DNA of 64,000 nt from Bacteroidales bacterium (GTDB lineage: Bacteria > Bacteroidota > Bacteroidia > Bacteroidales > PUMT01), in assembly GCA_007135095.1 (NCBI GenBank), contig SLJO01000037.1:3438-67437 (forward strand), written 5' to 3'. The first letter of the stretch is position 1; each line of letters opens with the position of its first letter. A model generated the notes under the pieces. It worked only from the letters and a program-made list of their open reading frames with translations, was not told the DNA's origin and searched no databases. Of this stretch, positions 38,632-49,590 are shown one piece after another. A program made the translations under genes and the position numbers.

Positions 38632-39213
38632 CTACACCATTTTTCCGGAAACTTTATAACCTGCTTTAAGCGCCTGGAGGTTCATTTCAATGACATCCCT
38701 GCCCTTTTTTTCAAAAATCCCTGCAATGCCGTCTTCGAAGCTTCTGTATTCCAGTCCTATAAACGGAACGGCCGCACCAAGGACTACCATATTGGAATAC
38801 CTTGATGAACCGATCTTTCTTGCTATTTCATCTGCATCTATCACAACATGATTCCTGACGGCTTTAATTTCAGCAAGCAGTTCTTCCATTTCAGGATAAT
38901 TGCTGATATTTTTCACTGGAGTTGTGTTTGTAACAAGCCACCCGTCCTCTGCCAGCCACGGCAGATACCTGAGCGACTCCATTGGCTCAACCGATATTAT
39001 GATGCCGGCCTGACCCAGGGGTATCAGATCCGATGATATTTCAGTATCAGACAGGCGCAGATTGGAAAGTACTGCCCCTCCCCTCTGGCTCATGCCATGT
39101 ACTTCGGACTGCTTCAAATACATACCGCTATTAATGGCTGCCATTCCTATGCAGGCAGCGATTGACAAAATTCCCTGTCCGCCAACCCCGGCTATAATTA
39201 TGTTTGTCTTCAT
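38632..39213 (-). CDS. iorB: Indolepyruvate:ferredoxin oxidoreductase, beta subunit
   Basis: 'NIIIAGVGGQGILS' and 'SEVHGMSQRGGAV'. It is adjacent to iorA. Confidence 0.85.
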   Translation of the reverse strand: MKTNIIIAGVGGQGILSIAACIGMAAINSGMYLKQSEVHGMSQRGGAVLSNLRLSDTEISSDLIPLGQAGIIISVEPMESLRYLPWLAEDGWLVTNTTPVKNISNYPEMEELLAEIKAVRNHVVIDADEIARKIGSSRYSNMVVLGAAVPFIGLEYRSFEDGIAGIFEKKGRDVIEMNLQALKAGYKVSGKMV

Positions 39214-39229
39214 GTTTGAAAATTTTTTC

Positions 39230-40822
39230 TTAACCGGCAGCTTTCTTTTTTTTCATGACTGCCTGTATGCATTCCCGTCTCGCAATTATTACCGAGACTC
39301 CCTTATATTCAATTTCTTCCTTAATAACAGCAACATTTTCAAAGTGATGTTTTTTAAGGGGATCGATAATTCTGATATGATCATGTTCCACCCCGATTCC
39401 TGCACAGATATTTTCAATCCTGCCAGTGGCAGCGGATGCTTGTCCGCCCGTCATACCGGTCGTGGCATTATCTGCGATTATTACGGTAATGGGAGATTTA
39501 TCATTGACTGCATCGAGCAACCCGGTCATGCCTGAATGGGTGAATGTTGAATCTCCAATAACACAGACAGATGGATGCAACCCGGCATCGGCAGCGCCTT
39601 TAGCCATGGTTATTGATGCCCCCATATCAACGCATGAATTTATTGCGTTAAAGGGCTCAAGTGCCCCCAGGGTATAGCATCCTATGTCCGAAAAAACACT
39701 ACCGGCGCCAAAACTGTCAATTACCACGTTAAGGGCATTGTACATGTCTATATGGCCACATCCCTTACACAGTGAGGGTGGCCTGTTCTTTACCACGGAA
39801 GGTACCTGCAGTCCTTCCTTTACGGAAAAGCCAGCTGCTCTTGCCACATGGTCAGGATTGAGCTCCCCGTCGCGGGGAAGAGTGCCGTCAAGGCGTCCCG
39901 TTATTTTATGGTCGTAAACCGGATATCCCCGCAGCATTTCCTCAACCAAAGGGTACCCTTCTTCAAGGATCAATAATTTTGCACATTCATTCTTTATTTT
40001 CTCAACCAGGTGTCGCGGCAATGGATATTGTGATATCTTCAGTACCGGGTGGTCCAGTTTTTTCTCGCCGAACACTTCCATCAGGTAATTATATGCAAGT
40101 CCGCAGGCAATGAACCCGGTCGATTTATCAGATCCTTCCGATAGTGAATTGAATGGCGAATTCTCAGATTCGCTTTCAAAATCCCTCTGGCTGTTAAGCA
40201 ACACCCTGTAACGTTGTCTTGCAATGGCGGGCAGCAAAATAAACTGCCTGGGATCGGAAGGCAAAAGTATTTTTTTCTGATCGATTGGCTTTACCGGTTT
40301 TACAGCCGACCGGGAATGTGAAAGCCTGGTGGTTAATCTCAGCATTACCGGAACTTTATACTTTTCAGATAGCCTGAAACCATGAAAAACCATATCATAA
40401 GCTTCCTGCTGGTTGGCAGGCTCCAGAACCGGGATCATTGCAAATTTTCCGTAATACCTGGAATCCTGCTCATTTTGTGAAGAATGCATTGAAGGATCGT
40501 CAGCCACTGCAATTAAAAAGCCTCCGTTGACGCCTGTAATAGCAGAATTCATAAATGCATCGGCTGCAACATTAAGACCAACATGTTTCATGCATACCAT
40601 GGTTCGTTTGCCGGCAAAGGACATACCAAGGGCAGCTTCCATTGCAGTTTTCTCATTGGCTGACCATTCACAGAAAATATTGTTTTCAGATGCTGTTTCA
40701 GAATTCTGCACGTACTCCATTATTTCGGTCGATGGTGTTCCGGGATAAGCATAAATGCCGGAAATACCGGCATCCATACCTCCCCGGGCGACAGCTTCGT
40801 CACCAAGCAACATTAGTTTCAT
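39230..40822 (-). CDS. iorA: Indolepyruvate:ferredoxin oxidoreductase, alpha subunit
   Basis: 'LLGDEAVARGGMDAGISGIYAYPGTPSTEI' and the TPP-binding 'GDSTFTHSG'. The ATG at 40822 is preferred over the GTG at 40828. Confidence 0.85.
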   Translation of the reverse strand: MKLMLLGDEAVARGGMDAGISGIYAYPGTPSTEIMEYVQNSETASENNIFCEWSANEKTAMEAALGMSFAGKRTMVCMKHVGLNVAADAFMNSAITGVNGGFLIAVADDPSMHSSQNEQDSRYYGKFAMIPVLEPANQQEAYDMVFHGFRLSEKYKVPVMLRLTTRLSHSRSAVKPVKPIDQKKILLPSDPRQFILLPAIARQRYRVLLNSQRDFESESENSPFNSLSEGSDKSTGFIACGLAYNYLMEVFGEKKLDHPVLKISQYPLPRHLVEKIKNECAKLLILEEGYPLVEEMLRGYPVYDHKITGRLDGTLPRDGELNPDHVARAAGFSVKEGLQVPSVVKNRPPSLCKGCGHIDMYNALNVVIDSFGAGSVFSDIGCYTLGALEPFNAINSCVDMGASITMAKGAADAGLHPSVCVIGDSTFTHSGMTGLLDAVNDKSPITVIIADNATTGMTGGQASAATGRIENICAGIGVEHDHIRIIDPLKKHHFENVAVIKEEIEYKGVSVIIARRECIQAVMKKKKAAG

Positions 40823-40869
40823 GTACACAAATTAGTTTAATAATCAGAGATCTATATTTAAAAGGCAAC

Positions 40870-40909
40870 TTATATTCAGCGTTTCAAACATATGGAGCCC
40901 GCATGGTTT
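40870..40909 (-). promoter_or_regulatory. Conserved upstream motif, copy B (function unknown)
   Basis: The plus-strand sequence is 'ttatattcagcgtttcaaacatatggagcccgcatggttt'. It lies 48-87 nt upstream of the iorA ATG. See copy A. Confidence 0.6.
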
Positions 40910-41026
40910 TGTTGACGATGGTCGAAATTTAACCCTGCCAGGGTACTCCAAAATTAGTAATAATATCATGCAAAAAATATGTCATATATCACATAACGCC
41001 CAAAGCTCCCGACGGACCCCGGACGG

Positions 41027-41437
41027 CTATTGAAATAATGTGGCAGTGATTTTTCTTGCACCTCCTGCATTTCTGAATTCGCAAAGGTAAATGCCCTGCC
41101 AGGTACCGAGATTCAGCCTGCCCCGGGTAACAGGGACCGTCAGGGATACAGACAGCAGGCTTGATTTCACATGTGCAGGCATGTCATCCGGTCCTTCTAT
41201 GGTATGTATATATCCCGGGTCACCCTCGGGCACGATTTTATTGATGGCATAAACCATATCCCTGGCAACGTCAGGATCAGCATTTTCATTAATGGTTAAT
41301 GCTGCAGAGGTATGCCTGAGGAATAGATTAAGCATTCCGGTTTCCGGAAGGGGAACAAGTTCTTTTTCAATAATTTCTGTTATCAGATGGAACCCCCTGG
41401 AAAAGCGTGGTAAAATAATCTCATATTGCCTTATCAT
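41027..41437 (-). CDS. yjbQ: YjbQ/UPF0047 family protein (secondary thiamine-phosphate synthase)
   Basis: 136 aa with 'HTSAALTINENADPDV', 'H.KSSL' and 'LGTWQGIYLCEF'. Confidence 0.85.
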   Translation of the reverse strand: MIRQYEIILPRFSRGFHLITEIIEKELVPLPETGMLNLFLRHTSAALTINENADPDVARDMVYAINKIVPEGDPGYIHTIEGPDDMPAHVKSSLLSVSLTVPVTRGRLNLGTWQGIYLCEFRNAGGARKITATLFQ

Positions 41438-41481
41438 AATTTATTGGTTTGAGTTTAAACTCCTGCCCTGAGGAACAACCT

Positions 41482-41549
41482 ATTCAGCAAAATGTTAATT
41501 TAATTGAGTAAGTTAATAATTTATAAACAAATTCAGACTTTTGCTGAAT
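41482..41549. repeat. Perfect 11-bp inverted repeat (attcagcaaaa / ttttgctgaat) with a 46-nt spacer in a divergent promoter region
   Basis: Read directly from the sequence. Confidence 0.6.
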
Positions 41550-41634
41550 CTTATTAAGCATATAATATATTTTCTATATTTTTGTAAAACTCAGGACGGC
41601 CATACTTTTTGCCTGTCTTTAAGTGTTATAATGT

Positions 41635-42267
41635 ATGACACAATTGCAAGGATTAAAATATTTGTTTTTCACCCTGCTTGTTTTTGCCATGTTAGCCGGT
41701 GTCAATGCTCAGGAAAAGAAGCCTTTGCAAATTAGCGGTATTGTCACCGATGAGTTCAATACTCCCCTGCCCTATTCACACATTATTATTCTCTCAGCCG
41801 GTAAGGGCAGCATAGCCGACAAACGCGGAAGATTTTCATTTATAGTATATCCCAATGACTCACTGTTTATTTCATCGCTTGGTTATAAAAGGGAAATACT
41901 TGTAGTACCCGACTCACTGGATGGCATACATTATTCGGTTGATATCCAACTGCAAAAGGATACATATGAAATAGAAGGAGTTACGGTATTTCCCTGGGCT
42001 ACCTACGAGGAGTTTTCTGAAGCCTTTATTGCGTTGAACCTGCCCGAGGATGACTATGACAGGGCAATAGCAAATATAGCCCTCATCCAGACCTGGATGG
42101 AACTCGAAGGAATTCCTGCCGATCCGGCAGCTAGTTTCAGGATTGCTATGGGTGAACATTACAACCGCAATATGTATGCCGGGCAACCGCCCAATAACCT
42201 GCTCAATCCCCTTGCCTGGGGACGGTTTATCCAGGCTGTCAGGGACGGCAAGTTTCAACGGAAGTGA
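41635..42267 (+). CDS. Secreted carboxypeptidase-regulatory-like (CarboxypepD_reg) domain protein
   Basis: Signal peptide and 'ISGIVTDEFNTPLPYSHIIIL...GRFSF...SSLGYK'. Confidence 0.65.
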   Translation: MTQLQGLKYLFFTLLVFAMLAGVNAQEKKPLQISGIVTDEFNTPLPYSHIIILSAGKGSIADKRGRFSFIVYPNDSLFISSLGYKREILVVPDSLDGIHYSVDIQLQKDTYEIEGVTVFPWATYEEFSEAFIALNLPEDDYDRAIANIALIQTWMELEGIPADPAASFRIAMGEHYNRNMYAGQPPNNLLNPLAWGRFIQAVRDGKFQRK

Positions 42268-42353
42268 ATTCACTTTTTTACTGCCGGCAATTTTTAAGTT
42301 ATATTTATCCTGCAAAACAAAAAGCCAAAATTTGTTTCAGAAAATACAAAATT

Positions 42354-42370
42354 TTGACCTGCGGTCGATT
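42354..42370. promoter_or_regulatory. Dyad motif copy 1, TTGACC-tgc-GGTCGATT
   Basis: Read from the sequence. It recurs at 42465-42483. Confidence 0.35.
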
Positions 42371-42464
42371 ATACATGCTATTAAAAGCTACTATTGCAAT
42401 ATAATTTAGATGTATAATTGACTTACAGGAGGAACCACTTCTGTGAATTTTCGGATAAAACAAA

Positions 42465-42483
42465 TTGACCTGAAGGTCGATTT
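42465..42483. promoter_or_regulatory. Dyad motif copy 2, TTGACC-tgaa-GGTCGATT
   Basis: Read from the sequence, ~115 nt upstream of the receptor start. Confidence 0.35.
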
Positions 42484-42597
42484 CCCATGCAATGTATTGT
42501 GCCCTGAAGGATTTTCACTTAATGGAAAATTCATGTACATTTGGACGTTTAACCGGTGAAAGCCGGTAAAGGCATTTTTTCGCATAATATCCAGCCA

Positions 42598-45057
42598 ATG
42601 ATTTTTTTCAGGACATTATTATCAGCCGGCATTCTGTTCCTGTTTACGCAAACCCCTGCTGGTGCGCAAAGTTCCATTATAAGGCTTTACGGATCCATCC
42701 ATGATGAACAGGGTATCCCTGTGCCATTGGCAAACATCAGCATATCAGGAACTCCTTTAGGGACAGTTAGCAATGATAAGGGTGAATATTCGCTGGCAGC
42801 TCCCGCAAATACTGAACTCACCGTTATAGTTACAATCCTTGGATATGAATCCGCATCCAGGAATGTGAAAGGAACTGAGAATGAAAGGATACGCCTTGAT
42901 TTTATTTTGGAAATTGCTTTTGAAGATATTTCTGAAGTTTATGTGTACCATGTAAGTGACCGTGAAGGCAGTCTAAACAGATTGGATATAAGACCTCTGT
43001 CTCTCCTTCCATCAACTGCCACGCCAATTGAAAGCCTGCTGAAAACCATGCCGGGAGTTACGGGAAGAAACGAATTCAGTTCCCAGTATTCGGTAAGGGG
43101 CGGTAATTTTGACGAGAATCTTGTTTATGTCAATGGAATTGAGATTTACCGCCCGCTTCTGATCCGTTCCGGGCAACAGGAGGGTTTGAGCTTTATAAAT
43201 CCCGACCTGGTGGGTACTGTCCGGTTTTCAGCAGGAGGATTCAGTTCCCGGTACGGAGACAAAATGTCTTCGGTGCTTGATATCACTTACAGGGAGCCTG
43301 TAACATTTTCTGCTTCTGCCTCGGCAAGCCTGCTTGGTGCATCAGCCCATGCGGAAGGCATTTCATCAAATGGCAAGTTTAATCATATCAGTGGCTTACG
43401 CTATAAAACCAATCAATACCTGCTGCAAACACTTGATGAAAAGGGAGATTTTCAGTCCTCATTCATTGATTTTCAGTCTTATGCCAATTATCATGCATCG
43501 GAAAGGTTGAAGTTTTCATTTCTTGGTAATTATTCTAACAATAATTACGGTTTTGCACCAACTACAAGAGAAACGAGTTTCGGCACCTTTGATAATCCCA
43601 TGCAACTGATGGTCTGGTTTGAGGGGCGCGATGCCAATGTTTTCGAAACATTTTCTGCTGCACTGACCAGTCACTACCGGCCCCGGCCCAACATGAACCT
43701 GAAACTTACAATGTCGGCATTTTCGTCAGTGGAAACCGAAACCTTTGATATCCGTGGCCGGTACCATCTAAACCAGATTGAGCAGCAATTATCTCCTGAC
43801 AGGACCAGGGACAGCATTATGAATATAGGTGTCGGGGCATTTTTGAATCATGCCAGGAACTATCTTGAAGCCCGGGTGCTTTCAATATCACAACAAGGAG
43901 ATATAACATACGACTTCAATAAAACTGAATGGGGCCTGAAAGTTGAGAAACAGCTTTTTGACGATAACCTCAGGGAATGGCAGGTAATTGATTCATCAGG
44001 CTACAATCTGCCCTATTCCGGAAAAGACATTGCTACCTGGCAGCTTATTGATTCAGAAAACACTCTGGACATATTCCGGTTTTCAGCATTTTTACAAAAC
44101 ACAACCAGGCTTTCGCCCGGAAATACTACTGTTGATATAAACGGGGGTTTGAGAACTACTTTTTCTGATTTCAACAATAAATTAATCGTCAGTCCGCGAT
44201 CATCCATCACAATATACCCGGGGGGGGTCAATAACCTTGTTTTACACCTTTCCGGGGGTTACTATTACCAAATGCCCTTTTACAAGGAGTTGCGTGACGA
44301 AGCCGGAAATATAAACTTTGAAATACTACCGCAAAGATCCGTCCATCTTGTTTCAGGAGCCGATTATTTCCTTAATATATGGGACAGGCCGTTTAAAATC
44401 TCATATGAGATGTATTATAAATGGCTCTACGATATAATACCATACAGCATTGACAACATCAGGGTCAGGTATACAGGCATGAATAACGCAAAAGGATATG
44501 CTGCAGGCTTTGACACGAAGCTGCACGGAGATTTTGTCAGGGGCATAGATTCATGGATCAGCTTGTCGTTATTACAGACCCGGGAATCGGTGGAACTATT
44601 TAATGAAATTACGGGAGAACGGTCCTTTACAGACTATTACTCCAGGCCAACTGATCAGCTTTTCAATTTTGCTCTTTTTTTTCAGGATTATCTGCCAAAT
44701 AATCCTACTTACAAAATCCACATGAAATTAATGTACTCCAGCCGCCTCCCATTCAGTCCACCAAAAACTCCTCCCTACGAAAAAATGTTCCGGATGCCGT
44801 CGTACAAAAGGGTGGATCTGGGTATTTCGAAAGAATTAAGCAACAGGCAAAAAGATCCTGAAAAAGGCCATATAGCAGGGAACTTCAGGAGCCTTTGGCT
44901 AAGCGCGGAGATATTCAACATGCTGGACATAAGGAACACGGTATCCTATTCATGGTTAAAAACTGTCTCCCGGGATCCCGGAATACCCGGTGAGTTTGCA
45001 ATACCCGGCTACCTGTCAGGAAGACGGATTAATATCAAGGTCACAGCAAAATTCTGA
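42598..45057 (+). CDS. TonB-dependent outer-membrane receptor with an N-terminal CarboxypepD_reg domain
   Basis: Signal peptide, '[20 protein letters not shown]', plug motifs '[33 protein letters not shown]' and a terminal 'KVTAKF'. Confidence 0.85.
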   Translation: MIFFRTLLSAGILFLFTQTPAGAQSSIIRLYGSIHDEQGIPVPLANISISGTPLGTVSNDKGEYSLAAPANTELTVIVTILGYESASRNVKGTENERIRLDFILEIAFEDISEVYVYHVSDREGSLNRLDIRPLSLLPSTATPIESLLKTMPGVTGRNEFSSQYSVRGGNFDENLVYVNGIEIYRPLLIRSGQQEGLSFINPDLVGTVRFSAGGFSSRYGDKMSSVLDITYREPVTFSASASASLLGASAHAEGISSNGKFNHISGLRYKTNQYLLQTLDEKGDFQSSFIDFQSYANYHASERLKFSFLGNYSNNNYGFAPTTRETSFGTFDNPMQLMVWFEGRDANVFETFSAALTSHYRPRPNMNLKLTMSAFSSVETETFDIRGRYHLNQIEQQLSPDRTRDSIMNIGVGAFLNHARNYLEARVLSISQQGDITYDFNKTEWGLKVEKQLFDDNLREWQVIDSSGYNLPYSGKDIATWQLIDSENTLDIFRFSAFLQNTTRLSPGNTTVDINGGLRTTFSDFNNKLIVSPRSSITIYPGGVNNLVLHLSGGYYYQMPFYKELRDEAGNINFEILPQRSVHLVSGADYFLNIWDRPFKISYEMYYKWLYDIIPYSIDNIRVRYTGMNNAKGYAAGFDTKLHGDFVRGIDSWISLSLLQTRESVELFNEITGERSFTDYYSRPTDQLFNFALFFQDYLPNNPTYKIHMKLMYSSRLPFSPPKTPPYEKMFRMPSYKRVDLGISKELSNRQKDPEKGHIAGNFRSLWLSAEIFNMLDIRNTVSYSWLKTVSRDPGIPGEFAIPGYLSGRRINIKVTAKF

Positions 45058-45181
45058 AATTCTTGTTTTTTCCGGCATAAAGGATTATTACCAGGCTCCC
45101 TTTTGTAAAATGAAAAACTTGTGCTAAGATTGCATTCGTATTAAAAAGCTTTTAAAAATTTACTTAATCAATATTAATAAA

Positions 45182-46393
45182 ATGACAACACAGGATTATA
45201 TTAAAAGAGAGGAAAAGTTTGGCGCACATAATTATCATCCGCTGCCTGTAGTGCTTGATCGCGGAGAGGGGATTTTTGTATGGGATGTTGAAGGAAAACG
45301 TTATTTTGATTTTTTGTCAGCCTATTCTGCTGTTAATCAAGGCCACTGCCACCCTAAAATCGTCAATGCACTGATTGAACAGGCAAAAAAACTCTGCCTT
45401 ACCTCAAGGGCCTTTCATAATTCCTGCCTCGGGGAGTATGAAGAGTATATTACCCGGTATTTCGGATACGATAAGGTTCTTCCAATGAATACCGGGGTGG
45501 AAGGTGATGAAACGGCATTGAAACTTTGCCGCAAGTGGGCCTACCTGAAAAAAGGAGTACCCGAGGGAAAAGCAAAGATAATCGTATGCGAGAACAATTT
45601 CCACGGCCGCACAATTACCATTGTTTCAATATCGACCGATCCGGACGCCAGAAAGGACTACGGCCCTTACACCCCCGGTTTCGTTACCATTCCCTACAAT
45701 GATACTGCAGCATTGGAAAAGGAGCTGCAGGATCCAGATGTAGCAGGATTTCTTGTTGAACCTATCCAGGGAGAGGCCGGAGTGTTTGTTCCCGACCAGG
45801 GTTACCTGAAAAAAATATCTGATCTGTGTAAAAAACATAATGTGCTTCTAATTGCCGATGAGGTACAGACAGGCATAGCGCGTACAGGTAAACTGCTGGC
45901 CTGCGACCACGAGAACGTAAGGCCGGATATCCTGATCCTTGGCAAGGCACTCTCCGGCGGAGTTTTCCCGGTATCTGCCGTTCTTGCCGACGATGATATT
46001 ATGCTCACCATCAAGCCAGGTGAACATGGTTCAACTTTCGGGGGCAACCCTGTAGCTGCCAGGGTTGCCATGGCGGCCCTGGAAGTTGTAAAAGAAGAGA
46101 ACCTGGCGGAAAATGCCGAAAACCTAGGAAAAATTTTCAGGGAGGAACTCAGAGGTATCGATTCTGAAATGATTGACCTGGTCAGGGGGAAAGGACTTTT
46201 AAATGCAGTTGTAATTAAACCAAGAAAAGGCAAGACCGCAATGGATGTATGTTTGAGAATGAAAGAAAACGGGGTGCTTGCCAAGCCAACACACGGACAC
46301 ATTATCCGTTTTTCCCCCCCGCTTGTAATAAACGAAGCCCAGTTGCTTGAAGCAACCGGACTGATAGCCGAGTCAATAAAATACTTTGATTAA
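45182..46393 (+). CDS. rocD: Ornithine aminotransferase
   Basis: '[47 protein letters not shown]' and '[12 protein letters not shown]'. Confidence 0.9.
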   Translation: MTTQDYIKREEKFGAHNYHPLPVVLDRGEGIFVWDVEGKRYFDFLSAYSAVNQGHCHPKIVNALIEQAKKLCLTSRAFHNSCLGEYEEYITRYFGYDKVLPMNTGVEGDETALKLCRKWAYLKKGVPEGKAKIIVCENNFHGRTITIVSISTDPDARKDYGPYTPGFVTIPYNDTAALEKELQDPDVAGFLVEPIQGEAGVFVPDQGYLKKISDLCKKHNVLLIADEVQTGIARTGKLLACDHENVRPDILILGKALSGGVFPVSAVLADDDIMLTIKPGEHGSTFGGNPVAARVAMAALEVVKEENLAENAENLGKIFREELRGIDSEMIDLVRGKGLLNAVVIKPRKGKTAMDVCLRMKENGVLAKPTHGHIIRFSPPLVINEAQLLEATGLIAESIKYFD

Positions 46394-46416
46394 ATAACCA
46401 CCGGCTATTACTCCAA

Positions 46417-46446
46417 TAAAAGGGCGGCTTTACAGCCGCTTTTTTA
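46417..46446 (+). terminator. Rho-independent terminator after rocD
   Basis: Stem gcggct / agccgc with loop ttac, followed by T7. Confidence 0.7.
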
Positions 46447-46698
46447 ATTTTGCATTTTCATGCACCTCCTGGATTGGTCGCCGTCCCCGGCATATGAAAT
46501 GATCCTTTGCCGCCCCGGAGTAAATTTTTCACCTAACTTTTACGGCTTTATCATATGTGTTATTGGTTCTGTGGAATTGAATGTTTAATTTTATGTTTTG
46601 GAACATATTATCAGGTCAGCATTACAAATAATTGTAGTGAACATTGATCATAGAACGGCGAGAGGAAAATTCTATTAACTTACTAGCACTATAAGACG

Positions 46699-49479
46699 AT
46701 GGCAAATATACCTTATGAAATAAAAGATCAGATCAAAACCGGATTGGGCGAGTTCACCTTTTTCAGTTTCAAAAAGCTTGAAAAGCTGGGTCATCCTGTT
46801 TCACACCTTCCCTTCTCGATCAGGATACTCCTGGAAAATGCTATTCGTAACTACGATGGTTTTGGCATAAAAAAAGAAAATATAGAAACCCTGCTAAACT
46901 GGCAACCCGGCCCCAGCACCAGGGATATTCCCTATAAGCCGGCACGTGTTTTAATGCAGGATTTTACCGGTGTGCCTGCCGTTGTTGACATTGCCTCGCT
47001 CAGGGCGGAAATGTCAAGAAAAGGCAAAGATCCCGACAAGATTAGTCCACTGATACCGGTCGATCTTGTCATTGATCATTCCGTACAGGTTGATTATTTT
47101 GGAACAAATTCTTCCTATGAGCGGAATGTGGCAAAAGAATACGAAAGGAACGGTGAACGGTATCAGTTCCTTAAATGGGCCAGAAAAGCATTTGATAACT
47201 TCTCTGTTGTGCCGCCCGGAACGGGTATATGCCACCAGGTCAACCTTGAGTACCTGGCAGAAGGTGTAATTTCCCGCGACGGCATGGTGTTTCCCGACAC
47301 CCTGGTGGGAACCGACAGCCACACACCCATGATTAACGGAATAGGAGTAATTGGCTGGGGAGTTGGTGGAATCGAAGCTGAAGCAGCCATCCTTGGCCAG
47401 CCGATCTATTTTATCATGCCCGAGGTAATAGGGCTTAAGCTGACAGGCAAAATGCCCGCCGGCACAACAGCCACCGACCTGGTGCTGACAATAACACATC
47501 TGTTGCGCAGTCATGGCGTGGTTGGCAAATTCGTGGAAGTTTTCGGCGACGGGGTTGGTACTCTTTCCGTGCCTGACCGGGCAACTATATCCAATATGTC
47601 GCCCGAATTCGGATGTACTGTTACCTATTTCCCGGTCGATGAGCGCACAATAGAGTATATGAGGCAGACAAACCGTCCTGAACTACAGGCAGATCTTGTG
47701 GAGCAATATTGCCGGGAAAATATGCTTTGGCGGACAGGCACTGAAAATATTCAATATTCACAGGTCGTTGAACTGGATATTTCAACTGTTGAGCCTACCC
47801 TGGCAGGACCCAGAAGGCCCCAGGACAAAATCCTCATGCGTGATGCAAAGGCAACTTTCAAGAAACATCTGCACTCGGACTTCAGTCGTGATTACATTAA
47901 TATTGACGAGCGCGAACTTGGACGATGGAACAGTGAAGGGGGCAGTCCTTTGACCCGGGGAGTCGCTGCTCCGGAGACTGAAATAGCCGAAATAGAAACC
48001 CACAAGCCTCAAAATGGAATGAGGACCGTAGAGGTGTCAATTAATAATGAAACATTTACCCTGAGTGACGGTTCCGTTGTAATCGCGGCCATCACATCAT
48101 GTACAAACACCTCCAATCCCAGTGTCATGGTTGGGGCGGGTCTGCTGGCAAGGAAGGCAAGAGAGCGCGGCATCAATACAAAACCATGGGTTAAGACGTC
48201 ACTGGCGCCAGGTTCCAAGGTTGTGACAGACTATCTCCAAAATGCCGGTTTACTGGATGACCTGGAGGCACTTCGTTTTCATGTCGTTGGTTACGGCTGT
48301 ACCAGTTGCATCGGCAATTCCGGTCCTCTCCCTGCTCATATTGCAACAGCGGTCGATCAGAACGAACTGATCGTGGCATCCGTACTCTCGGGAAACAGAA
48401 ACTTTGAAGCCCGGGTTCATCCGCAGGTCAAGCTGAACTACCTTATGTCGCCCCTTTTGGTTGTGGCCTATGGAATTGCCGGAAGGATCGATATTGACCT
48501 GGTCAACGAGCCTCTTGCATGGGACCCCAATATGGAGCCGGTATACCTCAAAGATATCTGGCCGGAAAGCCGGGAAATAGCTGATGTGATGGCATCGGTG
48601 CTATCCCAGAAAGACTATGATAAAAACTACGGGGAAATATTCGATGGTGACGATATCTGGAAAAACATGAAAGTGCCTGGTGAAGACGTATATCAATGGG
48701 ATAAAAACTCAACCTATATTAAGGAAGCCCCGTTTTTTAAAAATCTGAGCGCTGAGCCTGAAATACCCGGTGATATCGAAAATGCCAGGGTATTGCTGAT
48801 GCTCGGAGACAGCATTACAACAGACCATATATCTCCGGCCGGTGCTTTCAGCACCAAATCACCGGCTGGCAGATACCTGCTGGAAAAAGGGGTGGAAAGA
48901 AAGGATTTTAATTCATATGGTTCACGAAGGGGAAATGATGAGGTTATGATCCGCGGTACTTTCGCCAATGTCAGGATCAAAAACCAGCTGGCATCCACAG
49001 AGGGTGGTTACACAACTTTCCTGCCTGCCAATGAGCAAATGAGTGTATACGATGCTGCCCAGCTGTACAAGACAGGCGGCACTCCCCTGCTTGTCATTGC
49101 GGGCAGGGAATATGGCAGCGGTTCCAGCAGGGACTGGGCAGCCAAGGGCACATTCCTTCTGGGTATAAAGGCAGTACTGGCCGAGAGCTACGAAAGGATA
49201 CACAGGAGCAACCTGGTAGGCATGGGTGTTCTGCCGCTTCAGTTCATGGATGGCGAAAATGCCGCCACCCTGAAGCTGACAGGCAGGGAACATTTTAATA
49301 TACAGGGTATTTCAGAGGGAATTATCCCCATGAAGGTGCTTGATATATCTGCCGGCGATGAGCAGGGCAATACAAAAAACTTCCGGGTTACGGCAAGACT
49401 TGATTCGGAAATCGAAATTGCCTATTATGAAAACGGCGGGATACTTCAGTATGTGCTGAGACAATTTCTTCATTCCTGA
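46699..49479 (+). CDS. acnA: Aconitate hydratase A
   Basis: 926 aa with 'PARVLMQDFTGVPAVVD', 'GTDSHT', 'ITSCTNTSNP' and 'GCTSCIGNSG' Fe-S ligand motifs. Confidence 0.95.
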   Translation: MANIPYEIKDQIKTGLGEFTFFSFKKLEKLGHPVSHLPFSIRILLENAIRNYDGFGIKKENIETLLNWQPGPSTRDIPYKPARVLMQDFTGVPAVVDIASLRAEMSRKGKDPDKISPLIPVDLVIDHSVQVDYFGTNSSYERNVAKEYERNGERYQFLKWARKAFDNFSVVPPGTGICHQVNLEYLAEGVISRDGMVFPDTLVGTDSHTPMINGIGVIGWGVGGIEAEAAILGQPIYFIMPEVIGLKLTGKMPAGTTATDLVLTITHLLRSHGVVGKFVEVFGDGVGTLSVPDRATISNMSPEFGCTVTYFPVDERTIEYMRQTNRPELQADLVEQYCRENMLWRTGTENIQYSQVVELDISTVEPTLAGPRRPQDKILMRDAKATFKKHLHSDFSRDYINIDERELGRWNSEGGSPLTRGVAAPETEIAEIETHKPQNGMRTVEVSINNETFTLSDGSVVIAAITSCTNTSNPSVMVGAGLLARKARERGINTKPWVKTSLAPGSKVVTDYLQNAGLLDDLEALRFHVVGYGCTSCIGNSGPLPAHIATAVDQNELIVASVLSGNRNFEARVHPQVKLNYLMSPLLVVAYGIAGRIDIDLVNEPLAWDPNMEPVYLKDIWPESREIADVMASVLSQKDYDKNYGEIFDGDDIWKNMKVPGEDVYQWDKNSTYIKEAPFFKNLSAEPEIPGDIENARVLLMLGDSITTDHISPAGAFSTKSPAGRYLLEKGVERKDFNSYGSRRGNDEVMIRGTFANVRIKNQLASTEGGYTTFLPANEQMSVYDAAQLYKTGGTPLLVIAGREYGSGSSRDWAAKGTFLLGIKAVLAESYERIHRSNLVGMGVLPLQFMDGENAATLKLTGREHFNIQGISEGIIPMKVLDISAGDEQGNTKNFRVTARLDSEIEIAYYENGGILQYVLRQFLHS

Positions 49480-49590
49480 GGTGTTTTACCACACTGGCAG
49501 TCACCGGTCCGTTATTCTGATTTTCAGATTATGTTTTTGCTTTTCGGGTTGATTTTTTTTGAATGTTTATATTAATCTAAGCCAAATATT

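Noticed and set aside
42268-42597. TPP or cobalamin riboswitch upstream of the TonB-dependent receptor
   Set aside because: I could not find the CUGAGA/ACCUGAUC TPP core or a B12-box-like GCCACUG. Only the dyad repeats are reported.
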